A stretch of 64,000 nucleotides of DNA, from positions 108,502,001-108,566,000 of the forward strand of contig CM059431.1 of assembly GCA_030390025.1 (NCBI GenBank), given 5' to 3'. Positions 51,294 through 63,897 of the stretch are shown one piece after another (the first letter of the stretch is position 1; every line of letters starts with the position of its first letter). This DNA comes from Squalus acanthias. Taxonomy: Eukaryota. The position numbers and the translations under genes are program-made. The notes beneath the pieces are model-generated. The model was not told the DNA's origin. It saw nothing but the letters and a program-made list of their open reading frames with translations, and did no database searches.

Positions 51294-52096
51294 TGTAAGA
51301 TTTGGATCACAGGTCACACACAGATACCCAAAGGGTCTTAGGAGTTTCAAGGTATTTTATTAAAGAGCTACAGTTCAACGCATAATCAGAAATTATATGT
51401 AGTTAAGATAAATATAATGGACATACAACCCGTGACAGTAGAGAGCGAACTACGACCCCCAAAGCACAATGCCATGACCGGACAGACAGACGGTTAGATG
51501 CCTGATGAGACAGCATGGAGGTCTCAGGTCAGCGGATCTCTGCAGCCTGCAACAGCAGTCACTTCTGTTAGTTCGTCCCTCGAGCTGTTGGAGGTGTTAG
51601 GCCGCCAGCCAGCATTGATTCACCTCAGAGGCTAAACTTGATCAAGGTGTTAGGCATAAGCCAGCATTGATTTCCGAGGAAGCCTTCGTCCCTAGCTGTC
51701 TGACTATTTCCTTCTCGGTCCCTTATTTTATACTTTATTTCGATGGGCTGGTGATTGCCTGGTGTCAATCATTTTTACCTATCCCATTGTTCAATTACAA
51801 GGGAGAGGGTACCTCTAACAGCCTCCTCCCAGCCTCATGAGGTCATTTTACCACTTATCTCTGTTTAAAAGGTCTTGTTATGTTTCTTTAAGAACATTTT
51901 ATGATGTTATGGTTCATGTTGTCTTGCATTTTATGACTCCCTCATCACTTCCGTGTCCTGGCCTCGGCCATTTGTCTTTTGTCTTTGTTATCTGACCTCG
52001 CTGATATTCCTGCCATCCACTACAGCCCACATTTCTTCAGTTTATTTCTCTGTTCCTTAAGAATTAAAACCCTATTTAAAATATCTATTTCTTACA
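51294..52096 (-). mobile_element. Solo LTR (803 bp)
   Basis: TGTAAGA...TCTTACA inverted termini, perfect 4-bp TSD AGCC (51290-51293, 52097-52100); minus-strand TATAAA near 51730 and AATAAA near 51358. Confidence 0.88.
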
Positions 52097-52201
52097 AGCC
52101 TTGTGGTCTATTTGTGCAATAATGGATTCAATTCCATTTATTTCCAGGTGGTCTCCAACCACAATAACCAAGTCATACAAGTGAATGTTTGGTATGCTGA
52201 T

Positions 52202-53275
52202 AGAAACATAGTCATAGAAAAATAGGAGCAGGAGTAGGCCATTCGGCCCTTCGAGCCTGCTCCGCCATTCAATATGATCATGACTGATCCTCTATCTCAG
52301 TACCATATTCCCGCTCTCTCCCCATACCCCTTGATGCCTTTTGTGTCTAGAAATCTATCTATCTCCTTCTTAAATATATTCAGTGACTTGGCCTCCACAG
52401 CCTTCTGTGGTAGAGAATTCCACAGGTTCACCACCCTCTGATTGAAGAACTTTCTCCTCATCTCAGTCCTAAATGTCCTACCCCATATCCTGAGACTGTG
52501 ACCCCTCATTCTCGACACCCCAGCCAGGGGAAACATCCTCCCTGCATCCAGTCCGTCTAGCCCTGTCAGAATTTTATACGTTTCAATGAGATCCCCTCTC
52601 ATTCTTCTAAACTCTAGTGAATACAGGCCTAGTCGACCCAATCTCTCCTCATACGACAGTCCTGCCATCCCAGGAATCAGTCTGGTGAACCTTTGCTGCA
52701 CTCCCTCTATGGCAAGTATATCCTTTCTTAGGTAAGGAGACCAAAACTGCACATAGTACTCCAGATGTGGTCACACCAAGGCCCTGTATAACTGTAGTAA
52801 GACATCCTTGCTCCTCTACTCAAATTCTCTTGCAATGAAGGCCAACATACCATTTGCCTTCCTAACTGCTTGCTGCACCTGCATGTTTGCTTTCAGTGAC
52901 TGGTGTACAAGGACACCCAGGTCCCTTTGTACATCAACATTTCCCAATCTATCACCATTTAAATAATACTCTGCCTTTCTGTTTTTCCTACCGAAGTGAT
53001 AACTTCACATTTATCCACGTTTTACTGCATCTGCCATGTATTTGCCCACTCACTTAACATGTCTAAATCGTCTTGAAGCCTCTTTGCATCCTCCTCACAA
53101 CTCACAATCCCACCTAGTTTTGTGTCGTCAGCAAACTTGGAAATATTACATTTGGTTCCTTCATCCAAATCATTGATATATATTGTGAATAGCTGGAGCC
53201 AAAGCACTGATTCCTGCGGTACCCCACTAGTCACCGCTTGCCACCCCAAAAAGACCCATTTATTCCTACTCTCTG
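52202..53275 (-). mobile_element. Young 5'-truncated CR1 LINE
   Basis: ORFs 53022-53297 (ISKFADDTKLGG) and 52297-52752; near-identical to 44392-45673. Confidence 0.93.
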
Positions 53276-53741
53276 ATAGTAGCCACAAAGCCTTCACTCT
53301 GTGCTAGTCCACCATATCGCTGTTATCTGAATAAGTAGGACCAAGAATACCAGCTTGAGCCTCGACCTACAACCCATTGAGTATCTTGCAAACAATTACA
53401 GAAAGCTGATGTAATTATCAGAGACCAAAAGCAGTAGCTCCTTACCTACAGTACAGTTGGGCAAACTGTGCAAGTTTTTATCATAAAAGACAAGAATATA
53501 AGAAAAAAAATCAACTAATTTGTATTTCCTTCTTTGCCAAATGTCTCTGGAACACGACTAAATGGCTCTGTGCAAATACATATGTTTAATTTCAAGATTT
53601 GTATTCAGACCTCCCGCCAAGCACACAAAAAAGGTCCTTTCAGAATGTTCCTGTTGTTTTCTTTTAACTTCCCTTTCAAATGCATATAAATGAAAGAATT
53701 GCCACTGCTCTAATCAGCTAAAGATATATAAACAATATTAT

Positions 53742-54491
53742 GGGCCAAAACTTCGGCACTTGCCGGGTGAGTACCCGTAAGGCCTCCTGAAGTGCCGGTT
53801 TCCTGCATGCGCTGCGCATGCGCGGGAAACCGGAACTTCCGGTCTCGTGAAGGGAGTGATTCAGAGGTGAACCGCGTGCGCGGGAGAGGCTGCGCGCACG
53901 CAGCGAACTTAGGTTTTTTTTCAGGTTTCTCCGGGAGGGTAAGTATTGAAGAAGCTGCGCTTTTAAAAAGGAGGCGCAGGACCCGTTTTTAACAAGGTAA
54001 GTGGTTAATTAATTACAATTTAAATTTTTTTTCAACAGATTTATCTTTTTTAGATACTTTAAAGAAAGGTAAGTTTATATTTAGCACTGTTAAAAAGTAT
54101 TTTAATTTTTTCAAAAATTTAAATTTTTGTTTAAAGTAGTTAATTTATTTAACGTATAGTTATTTTAAAAATGTGATGGTTTTTTAAAAATTTATTTGAA
54201 GTTTAGTTGTTGTTTTTGAGCCGATTTCAATTCATAGATTTGACAGGTCTTCCTGTCAAATCTATGAATGAAAGATGGTCTGCTGCCATTGGCTCTCCAT
54301 GGCCCACGTGATCCCAGGGGACGCATCGCACTAATTACGCCCCTGGGACACGCAAGCACTGCGCGCCGGCAGTTGGGGGAGGCCCAGGAGCTGAAGTCCC
54401 CGTGGGCCCAGAGGTCAACGGCAGGCGCGGTAGGTAAGTGCGCGCGGGATCCTTGCACCCGCGGGAAGCCAGGGAGCCTAATTTCTGGGCC
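53742..54491. mobile_element. Harbinger-type MITE
   Basis: GGGCCAAAACTT / AATTTCTGGGCC ends; colinear with 48549-49264. Confidence 0.8.
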
Positions 54492-55020
54492 AATATAAAA
54501 CAATGTCTTACATTTCAAAGCTTCCTCTGTCACAATGGTACCCATTTGTAGCATTAAGCTGCCACTTAAGAAAGAAAAACTTGCATTTATATAGCGCTTT
54601 TCACGACTACCGGATATCTTGAAGCGCTTTACAGCCAATGAAGTACTTTTGAAGTGCAGTCACTGTTGTAATGTGGGAATCGCAGCAGCCAATTTGCGCA
54701 CAGCAAGCTTCCACAAACAGCAACGTGATAATGACCAGATAATCTTTTTTTTGTTTTGTTGGTTGAGGGATAAATATTGGCCCAGGACACTGGGGATAAC
54801 TCCCCTGCTCTTCGAATAATGCCTTGGGATCTTTTACGTCCACCTGAGAGAGCAGACGGGGCCTCGGTTTAACGTCTCATCTGAAAGACGGCACCTCCGA
54901 CAGTGCAGCACTCCCTCAGTACTGCACTGGAGTGTCAGCCTAGCTTTATGTGCTCAAAGTCTCTGGAGTGGGACTTTGTAAGAATAAAAATATATGTTTT
55001 GTATGTGTGATGGACTCATA

Positions 55021-56517
55021 GGGGGAAAAATTCAGCTGCTTGCGCCTCCCGTTAGCGCCTTAAGAGGGCGCTAATGGGGCGTAAAGCAGCTAACGCCCGG
55101 GCGCAGCGCCGCCCACGCCTCCCGAAAAATTCAGCGGGAGGTTAGCGGCGGCGCCAGCCAGTAGCGCCCTGTGGCGCTGCGCCGCCGGCGATGACGTCAT
55201 CGCCGTGCGCAGCACCCCGCTCGCGCTCCAGCCGCGATCTTCAGTCGCGCCCCCTGATTTACCGCCAGACGCTATGTCCGACGTGTTCAGGGAGGCGTAT
55301 GTGCGGCCGGGGCGGCGATATTTAAAGGGGAGGTGGCAGGCGGCCATTTTTGTTGCTGGCCGCCTGCCAGCACCTGCCCCCGTTGCTGTCCCCGGCCCCC
55401 GTGAAGCCCCCCCACCGTGAAGTGCCGGCTGCGCTCCAAGAGCCCGGCACTTCTCTTGAGTGCCGGGCTCTTTTGCCGGCACTCCCGATCCCTGGGGGCC
55501 CAGCTGGGCCCCGGTTCACGCTGCGCAGGGTCCCTCCCCTTTAAGAAGGGGAGGAAGGCCTGCAATACCGCGGCACGTAGCGCCAGGATATTCCCTCGCA
55601 GCGCCCCAAGAGGGATGCGGGGTGCTTCCAGTGGCGCCCCACTTCCCTCTTGGGGCGCAACCACTGAAGTTCCGGCGCGGGGCCGCTAATTTTTTCGGGG
55701 CGCTAAAAGTCGCGCCCCGGCGAGGTTAGCGCCCCAAATGGGGCGCGACTCAATTTTTACCCCATAGAGTCATAGGGGGAAAAATTCAGCTGCTTGCGCC
55801 TCCCGTTAGCGCCTTAAGAGGGCGCTAATGGGGCGTAAAGCAGCTAACGCCTGGGTGCAGCGCCGCCCACGCCTCCCGTAAAATTCAGCGGGAGGTTAGC
55901 GGCGGCGCCAGCCGGTAGCGCCCTGTGGCGCTGCGCCGCCGGCGATGACGTCATCGCCGTGCGCAGCACCCCGCTCGCGCTCCAGCCGCGATCTTCAGTC
56001 GCGCCCCCTGATTTACCGCCAGACGCTATGTCCGACGGGTTCAGGTAGGCGTACGTGCGGCCGGGGCGGCGATATTTAAAGGGGAGGTGGCAGGCGGACA
56101 TTTTTGTTGCTGGCCGCCTGCCAGCACCTGCCCCCGTTGCTGTCCCCGGCCCCCGTGAAGCCCCCCCACCGTGAAGTGCCGGCTGCGCTCCAAGAGCCCG
56201 GCACTTCTCTTGAGTGCCGGGCTCTTTTGCCGGCACTCCCGATCCCTGGGAGCCCAGCTGGGCCCCGGTTCGCGCTGCGCAGGGTCCCTCCCCTTTAAGA
56301 AGGGGAGGAAGGCCTGCAATACCGCGGCACGTAGCGCCAGGATATTCCCTCGCAGCGCCCCAAGAGGGATGCGGGGTGCTTCCAGTGGCGCCCCGCTTCC
56401 CTCTTGGGGCGCAACCACTGAAGTTCCGGCGCGGGGCCGCTAATTTTTTCGTGGCGCTAAAAGTCGCGCCCCGGCGAGGTTAGCGCCCCAAATGGGGCGC
56501 GACTCAATTTTTACCCC
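55021..56517. mobile_element. Tandem pair of 743-bp GC-rich Harbinger-type MITEs (55021-55763, 55775-56517)
   Basis: TIRs GGGGGAAAAATT / AATTTTTACCCC, each copy flanked by ATA within the CR1 (catagagt)n tail; about 12 substitutions between copies by eye. Confidence 0.9.
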
Positions 56518-56867
56518 ATAGAGTCATAGAGTTATACAGCACATAAAGAGGCCCTTCGGCCCATCGTGTCCGCGCTGGCCATCTAGCCCTGTCTATTCTA
56601 ATCCCATTTTCCAGCACTTGGTCCGTAGCCTTGTATGCTATGGCGTTTCAAGTGCTCATCTAAATGCTTCTTGAATGTTGTGAGGGTTCCTGCCTTGACC
56701 ACCCTTTCAGGCAGTGAGTTCCAGATTCCAACCACCCTCTGGGTGAAAAAGTTTTTCCTCAAATCCCCTCTAAACCTCCTGCCCCTCACCTTGAAACTAT
56801 GCCCCCTGGTTATTGACCCCTCTACTAAGGGGAAAAGTTCCTTTCTATCTACCCTATCTATGCCCCT
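56518..56867 (-). mobile_element. CR1 3' fragment nested in the LTR
   Basis: RGIDRVDRKELFPLVEGSITRGHSFKVRGRRFRGDLRKNFFTQRVVGIWNSLP. Confidence 0.88.
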
Positions 56868-57381
56868 CGAGACTACTAATATAAGATGTATATGGATCTC
56901 CCTGCTCAAGGCAACGGCGCGAAACCTAACGAAGGAAACCCGCATAACCGGATAAACCCCCACAGAGACAGCATCGAAAACCCATCGAAACTCACCATCA
57001 AAACTCAAGATCCATTAAAAGGTGTCAACAAACAATTAACTTAATCAAGAAATGGCTCCAGCCACTGCAGACAGACACATGTTCAAAGGAAAGCCAATCA
57101 AGAACTGCCATGAAACTAAGACCCAATCCTGGGGTCTTAGCAATTTAGACTAGAGACAATGGACTTAAAAAGATATAAAACAAGGAACCCAAAGGCTCTC
57201 GCTCTCTCTCTGGATGACCACGCTGAAAAGCAGGAAGCCCTCCCTCTACAGACCAGACCAAGAAGCAAGGAAAAAGGCCGCATGCATTGCTTGACTCAGG
57301 GAAGTACAAGTCTGTTTAAATCTAACCCAATACCTTCCTTACCTGTTGTAATCGAGTAGAGTCCATAGATAGCAGTAGGCT

Positions 57382-57524
57382 GAAATAACAACAGAAAACG
57401 CTGGAAAAACTCAGCAGGCCAGGCAGCATCCGTGGAGAGAGAAAGAGAGTTAACGTTTCAGGTCGATGACCTTTCGTCAGAACTGTGAAGAGCCGGAAAT
57501 CAAATAGATTTAAGGCCAGAGTGA
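57382..57524 (-). mobile_element. Penelope-like pLTR fragment (family 1) with hammerhead motif at 57448-57484
   Basis: 11-bp TSD AGCAGTAGGCT (57371-57381, 57525-57535). Confidence 0.88.
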
Positions 57525-60500
57525 AGCAGTAGGCTATTGTTTTGACGTGAATGAGTGTGTGTGTTTAATAAACTTATTCCAAATTGTTTCAAAAGAATTG
57601 GTCTTGCTGTCAATTTAATGCCAGTCGAAATAAAAAGCATACAACTTGAACCCACAACCTTCTGACTCCGAGGCGAGTGTGCTACCTACTGAGCAACAGC
57701 TGCCACTTAAGGCTTTGAAATAGCAATACATCTTTTTTCCCCGAGTAGCTTCATTGAAGGGATGGCGCACAAGAAGCAGTGGAATTCCCACTGAGGCTGA
57801 GGCTCCGATCTAAGGAATGAGAGAACAGAGGGAAACCATTGATGAGCTGGAGAAGCACCTTCCCACCCCCACTTGCTGCAAGTGTCTGGTTGAGCAGGCA
57901 TGAGAGGACATCATTAAACAAGCCAGTGAGATGTTGTGAACCTGCTGGACCTGGAATGATTATCTGGCTGAAGATAGCAGACCTTGAGAAATCCACTAAG
58001 ATGTTACTCGGGATATTAATATTTATGCACACCTGCCATAAGTGAACATGAGAGAAAGTCAGGCCCTGACGATATACTCATTCTTACTGATTCTTCGTGA
58101 AACCCTTCACTGCGGTGCTGTCTTAGTTATGTATGGGAAGGCGCACTTCAGAAAGGAATAAGTGGGCCATTCTTGAATACTTGATAAATACTCGAAGGGG
58201 AAAAATTTACAGGGCTATGGGGAAAGAGCAGGGGAGTGAGACTAATTGGATAGCTCGACCAAAGAGCTGGCAGAGGCCCAATGGGCCGAATGGCCTCCTG
58301 CGCTGGATCATTCTATGATTCTATATGCTAAGCTCCTGTGAAGCTGTGTACGTTCCTGCTTCTCCTGTTGCCACTACAATAATTTACAACTTATCTTTCC
58401 AGGGCCTCTTCGGCTGTATTGGACAGAGTGGAGCATCAGGGGAAAGGCCCGTAGAGAGCATTTAAAAACAATGCGGGGAATCCGAGCAGTGACAGATCGG
58501 AACATCGCGGGAAAAGCTCGGAAAGAGCATTTAAAAACAGCACAGAGCAAATGCGGGTAATTGGAATTCAGGTGCCGATCAATTGAATGGCAGAACAGGT
58601 TTGATGGGCTGAATGGCCTCCTCACATTCCCATGTTCCCATGTATCACTGGTTGGAGAGTGCGGGGACAGGCCAGCTCTGTCCTAAAATGGTATTTGGAG
58701 TTTGATGCACCCCAATTTTGAATTTAAGTGCCCTGGGACGTTTTACTACGTGAAAGACGCTATATAAATGGACAAGTTGTTGTTATTTTAAAAAGAGGCC
58801 TGCCGACTGTAACAGACAATGTGATCAACATGATCACAACAGGATCACATGCACATATCAACTAGTTATGCTGTCCAAGGCCATCTACAGTATCTTTGCA
58901 GTAGGAAGTAATTTGAAAAACGAGAGATCAACAGACAATTGTCTGATCTGTAAACCTTTGGCTGTAATTTTAAATTACCAGCACTCAGTGACACTTTCCA
59001 ATTTCTTCCTGCTTATTGATCCCCCAACCTTTCAGTATCAATATCAGAATTTTAATAATTTAAGTATCTTCAATAAACATCTTGGTACGACACACAATAC
59101 ATGGGCAAATACTGCTGTATTTGACTCTTGGTAGTTCTCAATCGATTCAACATCCTCAGCAGGTCAATCAACAGCAGTAGGACTTACTTTTGTCTTTGCT
59201 GCTGTTGCTAATTTCTCAATGTCCAAATCTTGTTTGGCAAGAATGGAAAGCAAGAATGGAAAGTCATTGTCATGGAAATGAAAATTGGGTGGGCGATTTA
59301 CTGCTCAGCGAGGAAAGTGATTAATTACCTCCATGCATTTTGAAGAGGTGGGTATGGGTGGAATTTGGGGGTGTCATTTTGGGAGGAAATGGGATGTAAG
59401 AGATTATGACATGAAATTCATCCAACCTTAATTTTTCACCCAAAAACAGGCAAAACGAGGTTGAATATCTCCCCCTATATTTCCATGTACAAGATTACCC
59501 ACGCCCCTTGCAAAATTCCACCCATTCCCCCTCTTCAAAATCCAGAAGCAGAAGTCTCCAGGATCTGTAAAGTGCATTTTTAGAAGGCGTGGCTGACTCC
59601 TCTTATCTTGCCTGATCGAGGGAAGTCATTTAACTTTTTCTTGCACTGAGAAGGCAGTGTGGGACATCTTTCCTCCATTTGCCCTCACTGAGGCCCTTCA
59701 TCTCTTTGTTCCAAATGGGGCCTCCCTTCTGTCTTTTACTTCAACTTCCTGCAGGATCACTTCCACATCTGGGAGCAGCGTCCTATACATGAAACATTTT
59801 AGACAGTCAATACAGCAGATCTTTGTGTGGTCACGAGCAAGATGTCTTCTCAGGATGCCTTCTCCTTTTAGCTCCTTTAAACTGCTGCAGATGTTTAAAG
59901 CTTGCAGCAACACATTATTTGCTACCCTCAAACGGGTGAGCTCCCAATAAGATGCATTTTCAATACCTGGGACTAGCAATAATGATATAAATCATGCTTT
60001 TCATGGAAACGATGTCAAAGTCACTGCTCATACCGGCGAGCAGGCAGATGTCCCACTCTGTCATATTTTTGGCAGAGGTCGTGTCCACCAAGACCATCTA
60101 GGCTGGTCTCTTCAAAACAGGAGAAGAGAAGAAAAATTGGGGGAAATAAAAGAAAAACAAATGGCACTATTACTCAAAATTGTATTTTTTTGATAATGCC
60201 ATTGAAAAATAAAATGGTGTGTACTTTTTTCCCAGAATTGGCTTTTATTTTGAGCAATTAGTAATCCAAATTACTGATCTCTGTCAGAAACGTAATTCTT
60301 GGTAATCTATTTTAGATAAATGTATTCACAGAAGCAAGTGCCTGTTTACAAATGGATTTCTGATTAACATCTATACTGCAGCATTGCAATCTGGAAAATC
60401 TGTTCAGCTGTTCTTATTATGTTCATTTCAAACAACTTAATGTGCAAAATACCCAAATAAATACCTGAGCACTGGGCGACAGGGCGCGTGCAATTTTGCA

Positions 60501-61374
60501 GGAGGCAGTCCATTATAAAGAAGGATTGTATTACTCTTATTTTGTTCAGCTGCATCAGTAAAAGTCTTTTTATGTCATTAGGATTCTGTATTGGCCTGCA
60601 GCATCATGTCATCAGTAATTGGAAAGCACATCTCAGATGTCATCACCCAACTTGTCATCCTGACGCTTTTTATTTTAACTTGGTTATTTTAGGATTCCTC
60701 ATAAAAGTTGGTATTGGTTATGCTTTCGTATTACTCTAAAATTTGTTGCATAAATTGTTTCCCTGTTTTATGATTCTCGATTCCATGAAGGCCCATTATT
60801 TCTGCTCTTGGATTGCAGCCAGGTGAACTCTCGGCCAAACTGATAGTTTAGTTCTTTTGCATTATTAGAGTTAACCTAGTGGAAGGGGTAGTCTAGTGGA
60901 AGATTAACGCCTCATCAAGTCGACTTCTTAAGATGTGGTCCCATAAATTTCAATCATGAAGTCTTTGGGTGATTTAAATTCAGTACCTTTGCGCATCCTG
61001 TTGGCGCTCAGGTTGGGTGATTCCAACCCTGCCCGTGAAATTCAGTCGGAATTTAGCGCCGGCGCTAACACATAGCGCCTGGCCCTCTAGCGCCGCTCAG
61101 ACCGTGACGTCAATGAGTGTGCAACGCCCCGTTAGCGCCCCGGATGCAAAATTCAGTCGCTTCCCCTGACTTACCTCCTGGTGCTGAGAACGACAGAAAC
61201 AGCAGGCGTTGATACCTGGGATTGCCGCTCCCGGGGCGCTATTTAAAGGGATCACTTACCGGGTCATTGGGAGGTCAGATTTATTGCTGGCTTGTCAGAT
61301 AGCGTTTTGGCTGCGTTCACATTTTCTCCATTTTTGCTTTGTTGCTGCACTAACAGTTTCTTCACTTGTGTTGA

Positions 61375-61475
61375 GAAAGCTTGTGATTTCAAATAAAACT
61401 GTTGGACTATAACCTGGTGTTGTGCGACCTCTCAATTTTGTCCACCCCAGTCCAATACCGGCATCTCCGCATCAT
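61375..61475 (+). mobile_element. Penelope-like pLTR end (family 2) with tail
   Basis: Matches 46118-46184 and the reverse complement of the 45961-45995 tail. Confidence 0.85.
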
Positions 61476-61668
61476 AACTACGTCAGAGGCAGCGGATGCA
61501 GAGACAGAGATGTGGCCAGAGGTAGGAGGAGGGCCGACAGACCTTCCAACAGGAGGCCTTACCCTCCCAGGGTTTTCCGGGAGCACCTCTCCTACATTCA
61601 TCTCTCAGAGGAGCAGTGCCTTAGAAGGCTCCACTTCAGCAAGGAGGTGGTCACAGAGCTCTGCCACC
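61476..61668 (+). pseudogene. HARBI1-like Harbinger transposase N-terminal fragment
   Basis: RRPYPPRVFREHLSYIHLSEEQCLRRLHFSKEVVTELCH. Confidence 0.8.
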
Positions 61669-62993
61669 CCCAGAGTGTGGCAAAGGTTACATGTAGATTT
61701 TGCTGAGCTAGAAGGACAGCAATTGTTCATAGTGATAGATAGTCACTCGAAGTGGGTAGAAGTGTTTCCGATGCGGATAATAACAACAAGCAAAACCCTA
61801 GACAATTTGCGAAGATTGTTTTCTTCATACGGCCTCCCATGAGAAATTATGTCTGATAGTGGGCCGCAATTTTGTTCAGAAGAGTTCACACAGTTCATGA
61901 GCAGAAATGGTGTGAAACATACCAAAGTCCCACCGTACTACCCTGCTTCAAATGGTGCAGCAGAGCGCACAGTACAAATTGTCAAATGTGCCCTCATCAA
62001 GCAAATGTTGGATCCAAATCCAAAGAAACGTCAGTTGTCGTTGGACCACAAACTGGCAAATGTTCTGATTACCTATCGGAATACTCCTCATACCACTACT
62101 GGTAGAAAACCAGCAGAGTTGTTTCTCAAACGACAGCCACGAATCAGGTTCTTGTTGTTAAAGCCAAACTTGGCACAGTCCGTAGAATAGAAACAATCAA
62201 GGCAGAAAGAGAGTCATGATAAAGGTAGAGTTAGAGAGAGAAGTGTGATGTTGAACCAGAAGATTAGAGTGAAGAACCATCACCATAAATGGTTAAAGTG
62301 GTTACCAGGAAGAGTAGTGAAGATATTTGGTCAAGATGTTTGATCATGGAAAGGTTAGGTTTGTTCACATTGATAATATCTTACCTACAGATGTGAAAAA
62401 AGCTGAAAGCTGAGATGATTCAGTTTATTCTGATGAGTCAAGAGTATCGGTAGCAAATCCTACATCAGATGTACCAGAAACAAGTCCAAGAGAAGTCAGA
62501 ATTTAAATTTGAGTCCAAGTCAGGCAGACAAACAGTCTGAAAGTATAGAGAGTCCAAATGTAGATCAAGGTCAGCCCTTGGAGAAAAATTCTCTGCAGGC
62601 TCAGCCTAGAATGAGACAAAGTCCTACAACAAGATCTGAAAGTTCTGTTCAAGAAAGAAGGTATCCTCTTCGAAACAGAAAACCAGTGGTTAAGTTTAAT
62701 CTGTAAATATGGAAAATAAGTTCATATCTTGTGTTTGTGTTACAGAATTCTATAGTAAAATTTGAAAACATAAAATGGGTTCCATTTGAGAAATGTATAC
62801 CAAGAGTTGTGTATACCATTCAAGTCACGTACAATGATTATTTGCTATGATTAACTTCTTCAATAAGGAGGGAGAAGTGTAATAGAGCCACCTGGTAAAC
62901 TACTGATATATATAATAATAAAGCCCTGTGCAGTACAGTTCTTACTCGGAAGCTGTGCTGTTGTATATATATGCTGTGTCTCAAGATATCACA
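61669..62993 (+). mobile_element. Ty3/Gypsy retrotransposon 3' part: integrase pseudogene, PPT and 116-bp 3' LTR (62878-62993)
   Basis: WQRLHVDFA...IDSHSKWVEV...GLP*EIMSDSGPQF...PYYPASNGAAERTV; PPT AAGGAGGGAGAAG followed by TGTAATA...TATCACA. Confidence 0.9.
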
Positions 62994-63897
62994 ATGCCCT
63001 CAACCAACTCTGGGCCTGGAAAGCCTGGCTGCACCATATCAGCATGGGGTGGCTGGGTTACAGACTGCGACAAGTACAACGGCGGACTGGCAGTGGTGGG
63101 AGCAGGAATGCTTTCATCCTGAGAGGACAGCACCTTTCTGCTCGACCGACACACTGCCACTCCCCCAGGACAGAACCTCAGCATCCGGAGCAATCTGCTC
63201 GAGCACAGATTGCTGGCCTGTTACGGCACCGTGAGATCCCCAGTGGACAGTGGGTGACCCAGCGACGATGGCAGCAGTCAGCGCTTGCGTGGCATCAATC
63301 TGAGACTGCATGAGAGCAGTCTGAGATTGGATGCCACCAACCACTGGCTCCATTACAGCACTAAGCCGTTACGTTGCTTAGGCCTGTGCTGCAATAGCTG
63401 CTGCCATCTCACCCATGACACTCGGCATGAGGTCTGGGTCCCTATGGTCTCTCTGCGAGTCGACCATCCTTTACAAACTGCCAAGGATGGGCTCGATGGT
63501 GTGAGCAGAGCTGAGTGCAATGTTGGAGGTGGACTCCTCCGTGCTCCATGCCAGTGCATCAATGCTCTCAGGCACCCTTGCCATTGCACCCATGAGCTAG
63601 GTGTGTATGCCCATCGCCCTGTGCAACAGAACTTGCGCGCAAACTCACTCTCCGGGGAAATGGCCCCCCGAGCTTTCCTTTCCCTGTGGCATTGCTGCAG
63701 CCCGCTTGGTCCCAGAGCTTCACCCACATCAGACCCATCTACTAGGCTCCCCTCCAGTGACCGCGTCACCCCATTATCGGACCTCTCGCCCTCGGGAGAC
63801 ACAGGCAGTGAGGCTCTGGCTTGGTCTTCCTCCTCCTCTCCCGCGTCACTGCCACTGGGAGGCTGAGGGACAGGCTGGTCAGCTGGTGGCTGAATAT
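62994..63897 (-). pseudogene. Downstream exon of the Harbinger Myb-like accessory gene (frameshifted)
   Basis: Acceptor gcctttatgctttcag| at 63898; acidic/Pro/Ser-rich then coiled-coil-like frames (IQSQTALMQSQIDATQALTAAIVAG). Confidence 0.55.

Larger units (their letters stand above)
54977..57643 (+). mobile_element. Solo LTR carrying nested insertions
   Basis: TGTA...TACA ends, 4-bp TSD ACTT (54973-54976, 57644-57647); TATAAA near 57174, AATAAA near 57567. Confidence 0.85.
54568..57706 (-). mobile_element. SacSINE1-like DeuSINE split by a solo LTR (SINE parts 54568-54976 and 57644-57706)
   Basis: ggagtgggactt| ... |acttgaacccacaacc rejoins to the SINE sequence seen at 44197-44222. Confidence 0.88.

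Noticed and set aside
55090..56483. Many overlapping ORFs on both strands
   Set aside because: Stop-poor GC-rich MITE sequence; no domain-like content.
58425..58545. Two imperfect ~40-bp direct repeats (gagcatttaaaaaca)
   Set aside because: Only two units; simple local duplication, not CRISPR-like.
59698..59979. 93-aa ORF with a CxxCxxC cluster
   Set aside because: No recognisable family and weak splice context; cannot be supported as coding.
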